Assembly: GCA_050695915.1 (NCBI GenBank)
Contig: JBOGUK010000171.1
Coordinates: 1-35,389 of the forward strand
Origin: Anaerolineales bacterium
GTDB lineage: Bacteria; Chloroflexota; Anaerolineae; Anaerolineales; UBA11579
Reading direction: 5' to 3'
Length of the DNA: 35,389 bases
This document shows, in pieces, positions 1 through 9,017 of this stretch; the stretch's first letter is position 1; every line of letters begins with the position of its first letter. The position numbers and the translations under genes are program-made. The notes under the pieces are model-generated. The model worked only from the letters and a program-made list of their open reading frames with translations, was not told the origin of the DNA and did no database searches.

Positions 1-373
1 AACCGAAACAGTTGAATCGCACCTGTTCTTACTGTCGCTGTCTGCCCTTGCTGACGTTGGAATTAAGCTGAACCTTCCGAGGGGCGAATCGTTCGCCTCG
101 CCACTCAAAAGGGTTGCGGAAATTCCAACTTCGTAAACCACACGATAGGAGCCATCCCCGGTCCTGACTGCCTCGACCAGCACGGGAATGAGGGTTGTTT
201 CATGACCGCCATTCTTTCGAATCGAGGCAAATGCTATGGCTTGCTTTGCAAGCTCCGGAAAGCCGGGTGGATCCCCAGGGCCCCACATTGGGCGCTGCAT
301 TAGAATCAAAGATGGGTACGAAGCTTATGAAAACGACTGCTAATATTAGAAAAAATCGAAATTGTGTCTTCAT
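1..373 (-). CDS. hypothetical exported protein, 3'-partial at window edge, apparent frameshift between signal peptide and body
   Basis: ATG at 373 (complement), preceded by GGAG, gives the signal-peptide-like MKTQFRFFLILAVVFISFVPIF..., but that frame stops at 200. A second frame (ATG at 300: MQRPMWGPGDPPGFPELAKQAIAF...VVYEVGISATLL...) stays open to position 1. A 1-nt indel in the G/C run near 278-290 would join the two frames. Confidence 0.35.
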
Positions 374-502
374 CGCTCCATCACTTTCCTGTATAGGTAG
401 TACCCAAAACGTCCGCATGATCTTACCCCCGGTTCGCGCCTCGCGTCAATTATTCTTCCGAAACTGTAAGCGGATGGATTGATATTGGGGATTTTTGGTG
501 GG

Positions 503-1336
503 CTACACTCGCTCCGTCCAGCGCTCGTGGGCATAGCGCTCCGCATCCAGGCGCTCGGCCGTTGTGATCTCGTCTGTCGTTAGGTCCCCCGCTACAAATT
601 CAATATTCAGTGTTTCGGCAAATCCCTGGGCGAAGGCTGCGGCTGCCTCGTCCCAATCGACGCGGCGTTTTAGGCCTTCTTCTACGGTTGCTGCATGAGC
701 GCGGACGCGATCGGCAGCCTCGTTCCTCTTGGCTTCGCTTTCGAATTGCAAGGTTTGCGTGATGCGGGCAATGTCCCCGTGAAGCGGTAGGCTGCCGTGC
801 TGCAGCACGCCGCCTTTGCGCCGCGCCTGGGCGCTGCCCACTAATTTTTTGCCGCCTAATGTGATCTCGTAATCCGAAGGCACTTCAAAACAAACAGGAT
901 TATTTTCCATCCGTGAGTGATGCCCATTTGGACCCTGATGTATCACCGGAAGGCTGAGCAGTTCCAACGCGTGAAGCATGGCTTTTGATAATCGCTGGTA
1001 GCTTTCGATCACGCCGCCAACCAGGCGCGGTTCTTCGGTGGGTCCGATCACCGAGTAGGTGAGTTCGTCGGTGTGCAGGATGGCGCGCCCGCCGGTGAGC
1101 CTGCGCACCATCTCCCAACCGTGGGAATGCAACGCATCCAGATTGACATCCTTTACGGTCTGGGCGAAGCCCAGCGAGAGGCATGCTGGTTCCCAGGCAT
1201 ACAGCCGCAGGGTGGGCGGAGACTCTCTTCGCTGAACACCTTCGAGGATGGCTTCGTCGATCGCCATGTTCCAGGCGCCGCGAGCTGGTTCATGGTGGAT
1301 TATGCGCCACCGGGCGCGGTGGAGATTGGGGAGCAT
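503..1336 (-). CDS. lipoate-protein ligase / octanoyltransferase family protein (BPL/LplA/LipB catalytic domain)
   Basis: 277-aa ORF with NMAIDEAIL near the N-terminus, RRLTGGRAILHTDELTYS (RRxTGGGAVxH-like) and the GKKLVGSAQ lysine motif. It starts 9 nt after the upstream hydrolase gene ends. Confidence 0.85.
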   Translation of the reverse strand: MLPNLHRARWRIIHHEPARGAWNMAIDEAILEGVQRRESPPTLRLYAWEPACLSLGFAQTVKDVNLDALHSHGWEMVRRLTGGRAILHTDELTYSVIGPTEEPRLVGGVIESYQRLSKAMLHALELLSLPVIHQGPNGHHSRMENNPVCFEVPSDYEITLGGKKLVGSAQARRKGGVLQHGSLPLHGDIARITQTLQFESEAKRNEAADRVRAHAATVEEGLKRRVDWDEAAAAFAQGFAETLNIEFVAGDLTTDEITTAERLDAERYAHERWTERV

Positions 1337-1345
1337 GGCGGTATT

Positions 1346-2191
1346 TTATCTGGCAACGAATCCGGTGATTTGCGTTTCTATGCTTCTTTTAGACGCACTA
1401 ACATTTTCGCGTTTTACTCGATAACTTGTAAAGAATCTATCCTCTGTCTGGATTGAGAGAATAGGGACCTGCAGTCCTTGTAAAGATTGGCTTCCTTCCC
1501 AATCCCTCAATGCGTAAATGTAGATATTCTGCAAGATTGCTGCGGACGAACCTGAAATGACAAAAGGCGCAACCAGGGCAAACTGCCAGTGATGCAAATT
1601 GAAAAGGGAGTGAAAACGAGATTTCAGCTGAAACTTGTTTGGTGTGTTAATAAGAACCAATTTTTCAACATCCTCTGGACTTCGAGAAGCATATGTGGCT
1701 GCAATTGGGCCGCCAAGGGAGTGGCCAATCAGAAAAAATGGAGCTCCGATATTGATGCTCGTCAGGATTTTTTGGAGTTCATCGACAAATAAATCCATCG
1801 TGTAAACGATTTTATGCTGTTGCGCTTTTGGTGAGCCTCTGATTCCCTCCGCCACATCGTAGTAATGACCTATACCCGTGAGGCTCATTGGCGCGGCGGC
1901 ATCCCGGTTGTGCCGTGCGCGAGACCAATCGCCATATTCGGGCTCGAAGGCCGGGATAAACAATTGCTTGTCCGATTTCCCGTGTCCGCGCAAATCCAGC
2001 GCAACGACTCGGTTCCTTGGGGCGAAATGACGTAAATAGTCGCGCCAGTCAGTCGCCTGGCCGCCAAAGCCGTGCAGGAAAACCAAGGTTCGCTCGGCCC
2101 TGGTCGGCTGGATATCTATGAGCGATAATTTGACAAGAGGGGATTGGGAAATCGTTATCTGGCGCCGATACGAATCTAAGATCATCTCCAT
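1346..2191 (-). CDS. alpha/beta hydrolase
   Basis: 281 aa with LVFLHGFGGQ (oxyanion-hole HG motif) and a GHSLGG nucleophile elbow. Confidence 0.8.
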   Translation of the reverse strand: MEMILDSYRRQITISQSPLVKLSLIDIQPTRAERTLVFLHGFGGQATDWRDYLRHFAPRNRVVALDLRGHGKSDKQLFIPAFEPEYGDWSRARHNRDAAAPMSLTGIGHYYDVAEGIRGSPKAQQHKIVYTMDLFVDELQKILTSINIGAPFFLIGHSLGGPIAATYASRSPEDVEKLVLINTPNKFQLKSRFHSLFNLHHWQFALVAPFVISGSSAAILQNIYIYALRDWEGSQSLQGLQVPILSIQTEDRFFTSYRVKRENVSASKRSIETQITGFVAR

Positions 2192-2283
2192 AAACCCCCT
2201 TCATTTTACTGTTACTTTGAAAGTCGGATCACTCTTCGTGGAGCTTACACTGAATTAACGAAGGGTCAGTGGAAACCGCTTGT

Positions 2284-3165
2284 TTATTTTGCAGTGAAGC
2301 CCAAATGATTGCCTACTGGGCGCTCGTTACCAGGGATTCCCTGGTGGATGGGGGAATTCAGGATTTCAGGTTTGCCGTTTTCTCCCTGGATGACCAGCGT
2401 CGAAGAGCCGCCGCCATCCAGGTTCATCGCAGAAACAGCGCCATGATCCAGCAGGATCTGGGCGAGTTCCGCCAGCGTTGCACCCTCGCTGTAGCCAGGC
2501 TGGCGCCCATCGACAACCACCAGGATCAAAACGCGGCCGGATTGATTGATGCCTACTGCAGTGCGCGGGTCGGCAACGGAATTGTCCAGTACCTGAGAAA
2601 TGCTGCCACGCCAAAGCAGCAATTGATATCCAGAGATCGCGTTGTGCAACCGGCCTTCGTAGGCGTTGATGCTGGATCGATTACTTTTATAGATGTATAA
2701 GGTGGGGTGTCCATCGATCCGCTCGCCATAGGCTGTCCCTTGCGAGGCAGCGTAGCCAATTGGCGTCACGCGGTCGCCATCTTTTGGCGCATACCCCAGC
2801 AGACCAAGGTCATACCATGGTGTAAAGGCATCCCCGTTGATGGCGATTTGAAGGTTGTTCCTTTTAAGGAATTCTGATGTCGTTGTCGCCGCAAGCGGAC
2901 GGGAAGCTTCAGGGTCGCCAGGGGTGACGAACGTGCCGACGCCTTCTTCTCTGAGGTCAACAGTGACGATGTGGATCACCATGGGGCGCGGATCCCGGCG
3001 AACAATGCGTTCGTAGGTGATGCCCTGAAAAAGCTGCCGCTGCTCGGCTGGCGGTTGGCCGAGCTGGATTCTCGTTGAGGGAATTCCGGCCAGGTCACAA
3101 GCCAACCCGATCAACACGGGGATAGCGAAAAGTAAGCGGAAATGCTTCCTCGGTCTCATGAGCAT
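2284..3165 (-). CDS. phosphodiester glycosidase family protein (NAGPA/DUF2233-like), exported
   Basis: 293 aa with an N-terminal hydrophobic anchor or signal (LLFAIPVLIGLAC) and the C-terminal NLDGGGSST motif typical of this domain. Confidence 0.7.
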   Translation of the reverse strand: MLMRPRKHFRLLFAIPVLIGLACDLAGIPSTRIQLGQPPAEQRQLFQGITYERIVRRDPRPMVIHIVTVDLREEGVGTFVTPGDPEASRPLAATTTSEFLKRNNLQIAINGDAFTPWYDLGLLGYAPKDGDRVTPIGYAASQGTAYGERIDGHPTLYIYKSNRSSINAYEGRLHNAISGYQLLLWRGSISQVLDNSVADPRTAVGINQSGRVLILVVVDGRQPGYSEGATLAELAQILLDHGAVSAMNLDGGGSSTLVIQGENGKPEILNSPIHQGIPGNERPVGNHLGFTAK

Positions 3166-3212
3166 GGTGAAAAATTCTATCTTTCTGAGGGAGAAAGGGG
3201 TATGAGAGGAGG

Positions 3213-4112
3213 CTAAGCGGCTACTTTTTCTGCTTTTCTCTCGAGTCGCCGCATGGCGTTGAACGCGGCGATGCCGACCTCCAGCATGCGCTTGTCTGGC
3301 GGGCGCGTAGTGAGGCGCTGCATCGCCAGGTTGGGGGCAACCAGCACGCGAACCAATGGAACGTGAAAATAACGCGCCGTGAAGCGCAAATACTCGTAAG
3401 CGACGCTTGCCAGAAGCGGGATCAGGGCCACGCGCAGTGCTATACGCTGTAGCAACGGCATCGGGCCGATGAGCGCGAAGAGCAGAACCGAGAACAGGAC
3501 AACGGTAAGCAGGAACGCCGTGCCACAGCGCGGGTGTTCGATGGGATATTTGCGAACAACCTCTGGCCTGAGCTTCGCCGCGGACTCGAAGGCGTTGATG
3601 GTTTTATGTTCGGCGCCGTGGTATCCGAAGACGCGTTTGATCTCCTTAAGCCGCCCGATGGCGACCAGATAGCCGATCAGGATTGACAAGCGGATAACGC
3701 CTTCGAGAAGGTTCCCGATAGTTGGGGAGAGATTCAAGAAACCCTCTATCAAATGACTTATCCCTGCAGGCGCGATAAAGAACAATCCGATTGCAAGGGA
3801 AAGGGAAACGACCATGGTCAGGGCCAGGGAGGCTCCGCTGAGTTTTTCCTCCTTTTTCGTAACCTGCGCGTTGGCCGAAATTGTCAGTGCCCGCGATCCG
3901 AGCGCCAGTGAGTCCCACAGCAGCACCAGCCCGCGGACGAAGGGAATGCGCACCCAGAGGCTGCTGTATATCGGGCTGAGTTTCTCCCTGTAGATGGTGA
4001 TCTTTCCGCTCGGTTTGCGCATCGCCATGGCCATGTAATGCCGCCCGCGCATCATCACCCCTTCGATCACCGCCTGCCCGCCATACAGCGGAACGCCTTG
4101 CTTGCGGGGCAC
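3213..4112 (-). CDS. DUF1385 domain-containing membrane protein
   Basis: YGGQAVIEGVMMRG near the N-terminus, HGAEHK, and several TM segments. I prefer the GTG start at 4112, which shares 1 nt with the TAG stop of the upstream M20 gene (TAGTG). The track start at 4169 would overlap that gene by 58 nt. Confidence 0.8.
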   Translation of the reverse strand: MPRKQGVPLYGGQAVIEGVMMRGRHYMAMAMRKPSGKITIYREKLSPIYSSLWVRIPFVRGLVLLWDSLALGSRALTISANAQVTKKEEKLSGASLALTMVVSLSLAIGLFFIAPAGISHLIEGFLNLSPTIGNLLEGVIRLSILIGYLVAIGRLKEIKRVFGYHGAEHKTINAFESAAKLRPEVVRKYPIEHPRCGTAFLLTVVLFSVLLFALIGPMPLLQRIALRVALIPLLASVAYEYLRFTARYFHVPLVRVLVAPNLAMQRLTTRPPDKRMLEVGIAAFNAMRRLERKAEKVAA

Positions 4113-5494
4113 TAACTTTCGCCGATGTTGTAAATAAAATGGATCAGCGCGTCGATGCCCTTCTCCCACGTGGGCAGGTGCATATGTTCGTTCGGAGAGT
4201 GGATGAGGTCATCTGGCAGCCCGAAGCCGGTGTTCACGCATTCTGCCCCCAGGACATTTTGCATATAAGCCACCGCCGATATCGTGCCGCCCTCACGGCG
4301 GAAAATTGTCTTTTTGCCCCAAAGGGTTTCAAGGGCCTTGCTCATCGCTTGCATTTCACGCGAATCCCGTTTGGAGATTACCGCATCGCCATCGGAGATC
4401 ATTTTCACTTCCCATTTCACCGCGGGATGGCAATTTTCCTTCATGTAGGCGATCATTTGTTGCTCCACCTCTTTGGGCGACTGATCCGCTACCAGGCGGC
4501 AGGAAACTTTGGCCATCGCCTTTGACGGCAGCACGGTCTTGGGCCCTTCGCCTGTGTAGCCGGTGAGAATGCCGTTCACTTCCAGCGTGGGACGAGAGGT
4601 GGCGCGTTCGAAAGCAGTGTAGCCTTCTTCGCCCCAGAGCCCGCTAACCCCGGCTTCCCGGGCGTAGTCTGCATCGCTGGTGTGCGGCACGCGCTTGAAT
4701 TCGGCGCGTTCTTCGTCGTCCAGGTCGCGCACGCTGTCGTAGAAACCGGGCAGCGTGACGCGGTTCTCGTCATCGTGCATACCTGCGATCAGCCGGGCCA
4801 GTTCGTTGGCAGGGTTGCGCACCGCGCCGCCAAAGTAGCCTGAATGTAAGTCCTTGTCCGGGCCGGTCAGGTGAATCTCGAAATAGGCCAGGCCGCGCAA
4901 GCCGTAGGTCAGCGTTGGCTGATCAGCCGCCAGCATGCCTGCGTCTGGGTTGAGCGCGAAATCACACGCAAAAGTCTTTGCGTTTTCTTTGATGAACCCC
5001 TCCATGCTGCCGGAGCCCATCTCTTCTTCGCCTTCGATCATCCATTTGATATTCACAGGCACGTCGCCCGCATGCAAAGCAGATTCGACTGCGGCGATGC
5101 TGGCAATCACTTGGCCCTTCATGTCCGAAGTGCCGCGACCTACCAGATACTCGCCCTTTTGAACGGTTTCAAATGGCTTGCTTTCCCAAAGTTCCAATGG
5201 ATCTTCGGGCTGCACATCGTAGTGTCCATAAACGAGCATAGTTGGCGCATTTGGGCCGGCTTTCATCCAATCGCCATACACGATCGGATTTCCGCCGGTG
5301 TCCATGCTCTTGACGTTCTCGAAGCCAAGGGATTTCAGTTTTGCTTCGAGCCAACTTGCGGCGCGCAGAATATCCTGCTTGTGCGCGGAATCGGCGGAAA
5401 CGGATGGAATGGCCACCAGTTCGCCGACCTCACTGAGAAAATTGGCGCGGTTGTCCTTTGCGTATTGCAATGCCGTAGTGCGAGCGTCTGCCAT
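4112..5494 (-). CDS. M20 family metallopeptidase (dipeptidase-like)
   Basis: 460 aa with the M20 hallmarks HYDVQP, GRGTSDMKG and EGEEEMGS. Confidence 0.85.
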   Translation of the reverse strand: MADARTTALQYAKDNRANFLSEVGELVAIPSVSADSAHKQDILRAASWLEAKLKSLGFENVKSMDTGGNPIVYGDWMKAGPNAPTMLVYGHYDVQPEDPLELWESKPFETVQKGEYLVGRGTSDMKGQVIASIAAVESALHAGDVPVNIKWMIEGEEEMGSGSMEGFIKENAKTFACDFALNPDAGMLAADQPTLTYGLRGLAYFEIHLTGPDKDLHSGYFGGAVRNPANELARLIAGMHDDENRVTLPGFYDSVRDLDDEERAEFKRVPHTSDADYAREAGVSGLWGEEGYTAFERATSRPTLEVNGILTGYTGEGPKTVLPSKAMAKVSCRLVADQSPKEVEQQMIAYMKENCHPAVKWEVKMISDGDAVISKRDSREMQAMSKALETLWGKKTIFRREGGTISAVAYMQNVLGAECVNTGFGLPDDLIHSPNEHMHLPTWEKGIDALIHFIYNIGES

Positions 5495-5506
5495 GAGAGT
5501 GTCCTT

Positions 5507-6520
5507 TCAGTCTGCCATCGCGGCAGAAAGGGCCGCGAAAGATACGTCGTAGCGGTGCCTCATATAACGGTGGGTGCCTTCGTACTCTTCGTAATGGAAG
5601 GGGATGTTCAGCTTGCGCAGTTTCTCCGTCAGCAACCGCGCCCCGTAGAGCAAATTATACTCATCGCCTTTGGCGCAATCGAGGTACAGCAACCGCAGCG
5701 CACGCAGCGCATCCGCGTGGCGCTCGACGATCAGCAGCGGATCGAATTCAAGCCAGCGCTCCCAAACATCGGGTTTGTGCTCGCCGGTTTTCAAATCAAC
5801 GGGCAAGTCAAACCCAAAAGACGACTTTGGATTTGGAGAATATGCCGCGGCTGTCGCCAGCTGTGAGAGCACTTCGTGCGGGGCGCCGGCGCGTAGCGCG
5901 GCCCTGGGGTCTTGCAATAAGGCGCGCAGCCCCTCATCGCCGACTCGCTCGTAATAGCGCAATAGCTCGCCAAACCAGGGCTTGAATTCCATTTCGAAGT
6001 ATTTGTCGCCGCTGTGGTCTGCGACCAGGCCAAACACGTCCGGGTGGCGCATGCCGAGCCACAGCGCGCCGAAGCCGCCGGAAGAATGCCCGGCGACGGC
6101 GCGGAAGCCCGGCTCAGCCCGCGTTTGGTACTTGCCATCGATGTAAGCAACCAGTTCGAGGATGTGGTCTTCATAGTTACCTGTAGCCGATGAATTCACG
6201 TATTGCGAGCCGCCATATCGCGTGCTGGCATCCGGCATCACCACGATCATCGGGCGCACGCTGCCCGCGGCGATGAGGCGGTCCAGGCGCTGCTGGATGT
6301 TCTCCTCCCAAAGATCGTCGTTGAGGAATTTTAGCCCGCGGTTGCCGAAGGAGGGCAGCAGGTACAAGGTTGGATACCGGGCGCTGGCGTCGTTTTCTGC
6401 TGGCAAGTAAACCGGCACCCTGCGGGTTGCGGGATCGTCAAGCGGATTGCCTTCGAGTGATTGGCTGTGAAATTCTTCGATAATGATTTCGGAAACCACG
6501 TTGGCATTATAAACAGTCAA
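5507..6520 (-). CDS. esterase family protein (putative esterase / enterochelin-esterase-like fold)
   Basis: 337 aa with YPTLYLLP and the GHSSGG nucleophile motif. It ends 12 nt before the M20 gene start. Confidence 0.8.
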   Translation of the reverse strand: MTVYNANVVSEIIIEEFHSQSLEGNPLDDPATRRVPVYLPAENDASARYPTLYLLPSFGNRGLKFLNDDLWEENIQQRLDRLIAAGSVRPMIVVMPDASTRYGGSQYVNSSATGNYEDHILELVAYIDGKYQTRAEPGFRAVAGHSSGGFGALWLGMRHPDVFGLVADHSGDKYFEMEFKPWFGELLRYYERVGDEGLRALLQDPRAALRAGAPHEVLSQLATAAAYSPNPKSSFGFDLPVDLKTGEHKPDVWERWLEFDPLLIVERHADALRALRLLYLDCAKGDEYNLLYGARLLTEKLRKLNIPFHYEEYEGTHRYMRHRYDVSFAALSAAMAD

Positions 6521-6603
6521 TCACTCATCGTAACGCAATAGCCTGACCTCCCGCAGAGGTGCGGAGACAGCGCAATGGTATGATTTCGCCGTGCGAGGAA
6601 ACG

Positions 6604-7125
6604 ATGCAGGCGCTTGCGTTTTGGAAGACGATTATCATGGATGAAGAAGCGCAATTAGAAACCATCCTTGCGTTTCTGGATGAACACGGCGTGCGGTATT
6701 GTGTCGTTGGGGGGCAGGCGGTGAACGCTTACGTCGAGCCGCTTGTCAGTCTTGACCTCGATCTGGCTGTGGCGGCTGAGCACCTCGAGGAAATAGAAGG
6801 TTTGCTGGCGAGGAAATATCGCACTGAGCGTTACCCGCATAGCATCAATATAGTCCTTCCTGGCTCTGACCTGCGCGTTCAGATCCAGACGGACAAAAGG
6901 TATTCGGAATTTGTCGATCAAGCCGAAAAAAGGGATGTTTTAGGTATTGCAATACCTGTTGCAAATCTGGAAGACGTCCTGCGAGGCAAGGTTTGGGCTG
7001 CGCAGGACGAAGAGCGCAGGGGAAGCAAACGGCAAAAGGATTTAGCCGATATTTCCAGAATCCTCGAAGCCTATCCTGAGATGCGCTCGCAGGTCCCAGC
7101 CGAAGTGTTGGCGAACCTGCTTTGA
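6604..7125 (+). CDS. minimal nucleotidyltransferase-fold protein, function unknown
   Basis: VVGGQAVNAYVEPLVSLDLDLAV fits the hGGxA...TxDxD NTase pattern. I chose the ATG at 6604 because of the GAGGAA Shine-Dalgarno 4 nt upstream; the track start at 6559 (GTG) and the ATG at 6634 remain possible. Confidence 0.55.
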   Translation: MQALAFWKTIIMDEEAQLETILAFLDEHGVRYCVVGGQAVNAYVEPLVSLDLDLAVAAEHLEEIEGLLARKYRTERYPHSINIVLPGSDLRVQIQTDKRYSEFVDQAEKRDVLGIAIPVANLEDVLRGKVWAAQDEERRGSKRQKDLADISRILEAYPEMRSQVPAEVLANLL

Positions 7126-7203
7126 CGGCCTCTTAGCAGATTTCTAATTGAATAGCTGCCCACTTCGGTGGGGATACTCTAGCACGCCGTTATAATCCCT
7201 CCC

Positions 7204-7447
7204 ATGACTTTTCATTTCGATAAGCAAAGACTGACCGAGCTGTGCGAACAGAACTCTATTTCGTATCTTGTCCTTTTGGATCTCACGCGAGAGGAGAAGA
7301 ATCAACAGATAGCGACCCCGATTTGCTCGTAGATTACTCCGAATCAAAAAGCATGTCGATGTTGATCTCGTTACCCAGCGCTCCTTAAGTCACTACATCA
7401 GGGAATATGTGAAATCAGATCTAAAAGTCTTGTATGCAAAAAAATAA
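7204..7447 (+). pseudogene. decayed MNT-type nucleotidyltransferase (HEPN/MNT antitoxin-like) remnant
   Basis: Frame 1 (7204-7332) reads MTFHFDKQRLTELCEQNSISYLVLLDLTREEKNQQ...*. Frame +1 (7334-7447) reads ...KKHVDVDLVTQRSLSHYIREYVKSDLKVLYAKK*. The N- and C-terminal blocks resemble small MNT proteins (...LxLFGSxxRG... / ...DLV...), but the GS...D.D catalytic core is degenerate or deleted, the frame is broken, and no HEPN partner follows. Confidence 0.5.
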
Positions 7448-7490
7448 TCTTGTGACGGGTCTGTCTGCAGTAGGTGAAATCCAATGATAT

Positions 7491-7556
7491 AACCCCTTCC
7501 CGCGCCTGGCGGGGCCACCCTTCCCCCTTTAAAGGGAAGGGTAGGGGATGGGGTTT
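7491..7556. repeat. REP/MITE-like palindromic element, copy A
   Basis: Terminal inverted repeats AACCCCTTCCC / GGGATGGGGTT (1 mismatch) flank the 26-nt near-perfect palindrome ACCCTTCCCCCTTTAAAGGGAAGGGT. The reverse complement aligns with 17214-17316. Confidence 0.65.
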
Positions 7557-7574
7557 TTAACGTCCACCACACTC

Positions 7575-8933
7575 ATGCTCATCCACAACGCCAACATCAT
7601 CACATGGGGTTCACAAAATTCTGTCCTTAGCAGCCACGCGGTTTATATTGAGAACGGCCTGATATCCGATCTTGGCCCAGGTTCGCAGATCCTCGCCAAA
7701 TATCCAAGGACTGAAAAGCTGGACGCTGGCGGCCAGTATTTGATGCCCGGCAACATCTGTGCCCATACGCACTTCTACGGCGCCTTCGCCCGCGGGATGG
7801 CGATCCCCGGGCCTGCGCCTAAGGATTTCCCTGAAATCCTCAAACGCCTGTGGTGGCCGTTAGATAAGGCGCTAGATGAGGAAAGCGTGCGGCTCTCCGC
7901 GGTTGTCCATTTCGTCGATGCCATCAAGAACGGTACCACCACTCTGATCGATCACCACGCATCGCCGAATTTCATCGATGGATCGCTCGACGTCATCGGC
8001 GAAGCCGTGGATGAAAGCGGATTGCGAGCTGTGCTCTGCTATGAGGTCACGGACCGCGATGGGGATGCCAAGGCGAAAGCGGGCATTCGCGAGAATGTGC
8101 GCTTTATCGAACGCGTTCGCAAAGTGAAGCCGGCGGATGGCAGGCTGACTGGAGCCTTCGGCTTGCATGCCAGCCTGACACTGTCTGATGAAACGCTTGA
8201 ACAATGCCGCGCTGCGTTGCCAGATGAATCGGGTTTCCACATTCACGTCGCTGAACACGAAGCGGACCAGGAAGATAGTCTGGCGAAAAGCGAATTGCGC
8301 GTGGTTCCGCGGCTGACGAAGCATGGCATCCTGGGTCCGCGCACCATAGCAGCGCACGCCGTCCACGTGGACGCCGCCGAGATTGAAATGCTTGCCGAAA
8401 GCGGAACTTGGGTGACCCACCAGCCGCGCTCGAACATGAACAACGGGGTGGGAGCTGCAGGCATCGAAGCCCTGACCGCGGCAGGCGTGAAGGTCTGCCT
8501 TGGGAACGACGGGTTCACACAAGATATGTGGGCAGAGTGGAAGTCTGCGTACCTGCTGCACAAAGCCTGGAATCGCGACCCGCGCAAGATGAATGGCGCG
8601 GATTTGGCAAAAATTGCTGTTCAACATAACTCCGAGCTGGCTGGACAATTTTTCCCCGGCGCACCGATTGGCAAGATTTCCGTCGGCGCCCGCGCAGATC
8701 TAATCCTTGTCGATTATCACCCGCACACACCGCTGACTTCTGATAATCTTCCGTGGCACATCATTTTTGGGTTCCAGGAACGCATGGTGACCATGACGAT
8801 GGTGGACGGCCGTGTATTGATGCGGGACGGAAAGCTGGAAACGATGGATGAAGAAGAGATCTCGGCTAAAGCGCGTGAGGTGGCTCCAGCCGTTTGGGAG
8901 AGGTACGCAAAATATGTTCAGGAAACAATGTGA
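7575..8933 (+). CDS. ssnA: putative aminohydrolase SsnA (amidohydrolase superfamily)
   Basis: Metal-binding HTHFY is present. Long blocks are collinear with E. coli SsnA as I remember it: LKRLWWPLDKALDEES, TTLIDHHASPNFIDGSL, RSNMNNGVG. The start at 7575 (MLIHNANIITW) matches the SsnA N-terminus; the track ATG at 7548 lies inside repeat copy A. Confidence 0.85.
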   Translation: MLIHNANIITWGSQNSVLSSHAVYIENGLISDLGPGSQILAKYPRTEKLDAGGQYLMPGNICAHTHFYGAFARGMAIPGPAPKDFPEILKRLWWPLDKALDEESVRLSAVVHFVDAIKNGTTTLIDHHASPNFIDGSLDVIGEAVDESGLRAVLCYEVTDRDGDAKAKAGIRENVRFIERVRKVKPADGRLTGAFGLHASLTLSDETLEQCRAALPDESGFHIHVAEHEADQEDSLAKSELRVVPRLTKHGILGPRTIAAHAVHVDAAEIEMLAESGTWVTHQPRSNMNNGVGAAGIEALTAAGVKVCLGNDGFTQDMWAEWKSAYLLHKAWNRDPRKMNGADLAKIAVQHNSELAGQFFPGAPIGKISVGARADLILVDYHPHTPLTSDNLPWHIIFGFQERMVTMTMVDGRVLMRDGKLETMDEEEISAKAREVAPAVWERYAKYVQETM

Positions 8934-8938
8934 GGCTG

Positions 8939-9000
8939 TTGCGTATTACGTATTTCGTATCGGCTGCATGTTTACGCAGTACGCAATACATAATACGCAC
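8939..9000. repeat. inverted arrays of the heptamer TACGCAA
   Basis: TTGCGTA TTACGTA TTTCGTA (8939-8959), a 13-nt spacer, then TACGCAG TACGCAA TACATAA TACGCAC (8973-9000). The arms 8941-8954 and 8985-8998 are complementary at 13 of 14 positions. Confidence 0.6.
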
Positions 9001-9017
9001 TTTGGCGCCACAAACCC

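Noticed and set aside
195-482. 95-aa plus-strand ORF
   Set aside because: It is antisense to the signal-peptide-bearing minus-strand gene and has no motifs or ribosome-binding site.
4871-5866. 331-aa plus-strand ORF
   Set aside because: It is antisense to the M20 peptidase and esterase genes and spans their junction. It has no recognisable motifs.
7144-7347. 67-aa minus-strand ORF
   Set aside because: The plus strand here reads as a recognisable, though broken, MNT-type nucleotidyltransferase. The minus-strand ORF has no features.
7872-8648. 258-aa minus-strand ORF inside ssnA
   Set aside because: It is antisense to a gene with long SsnA-specific blocks. I treat it as a shadow ORF.
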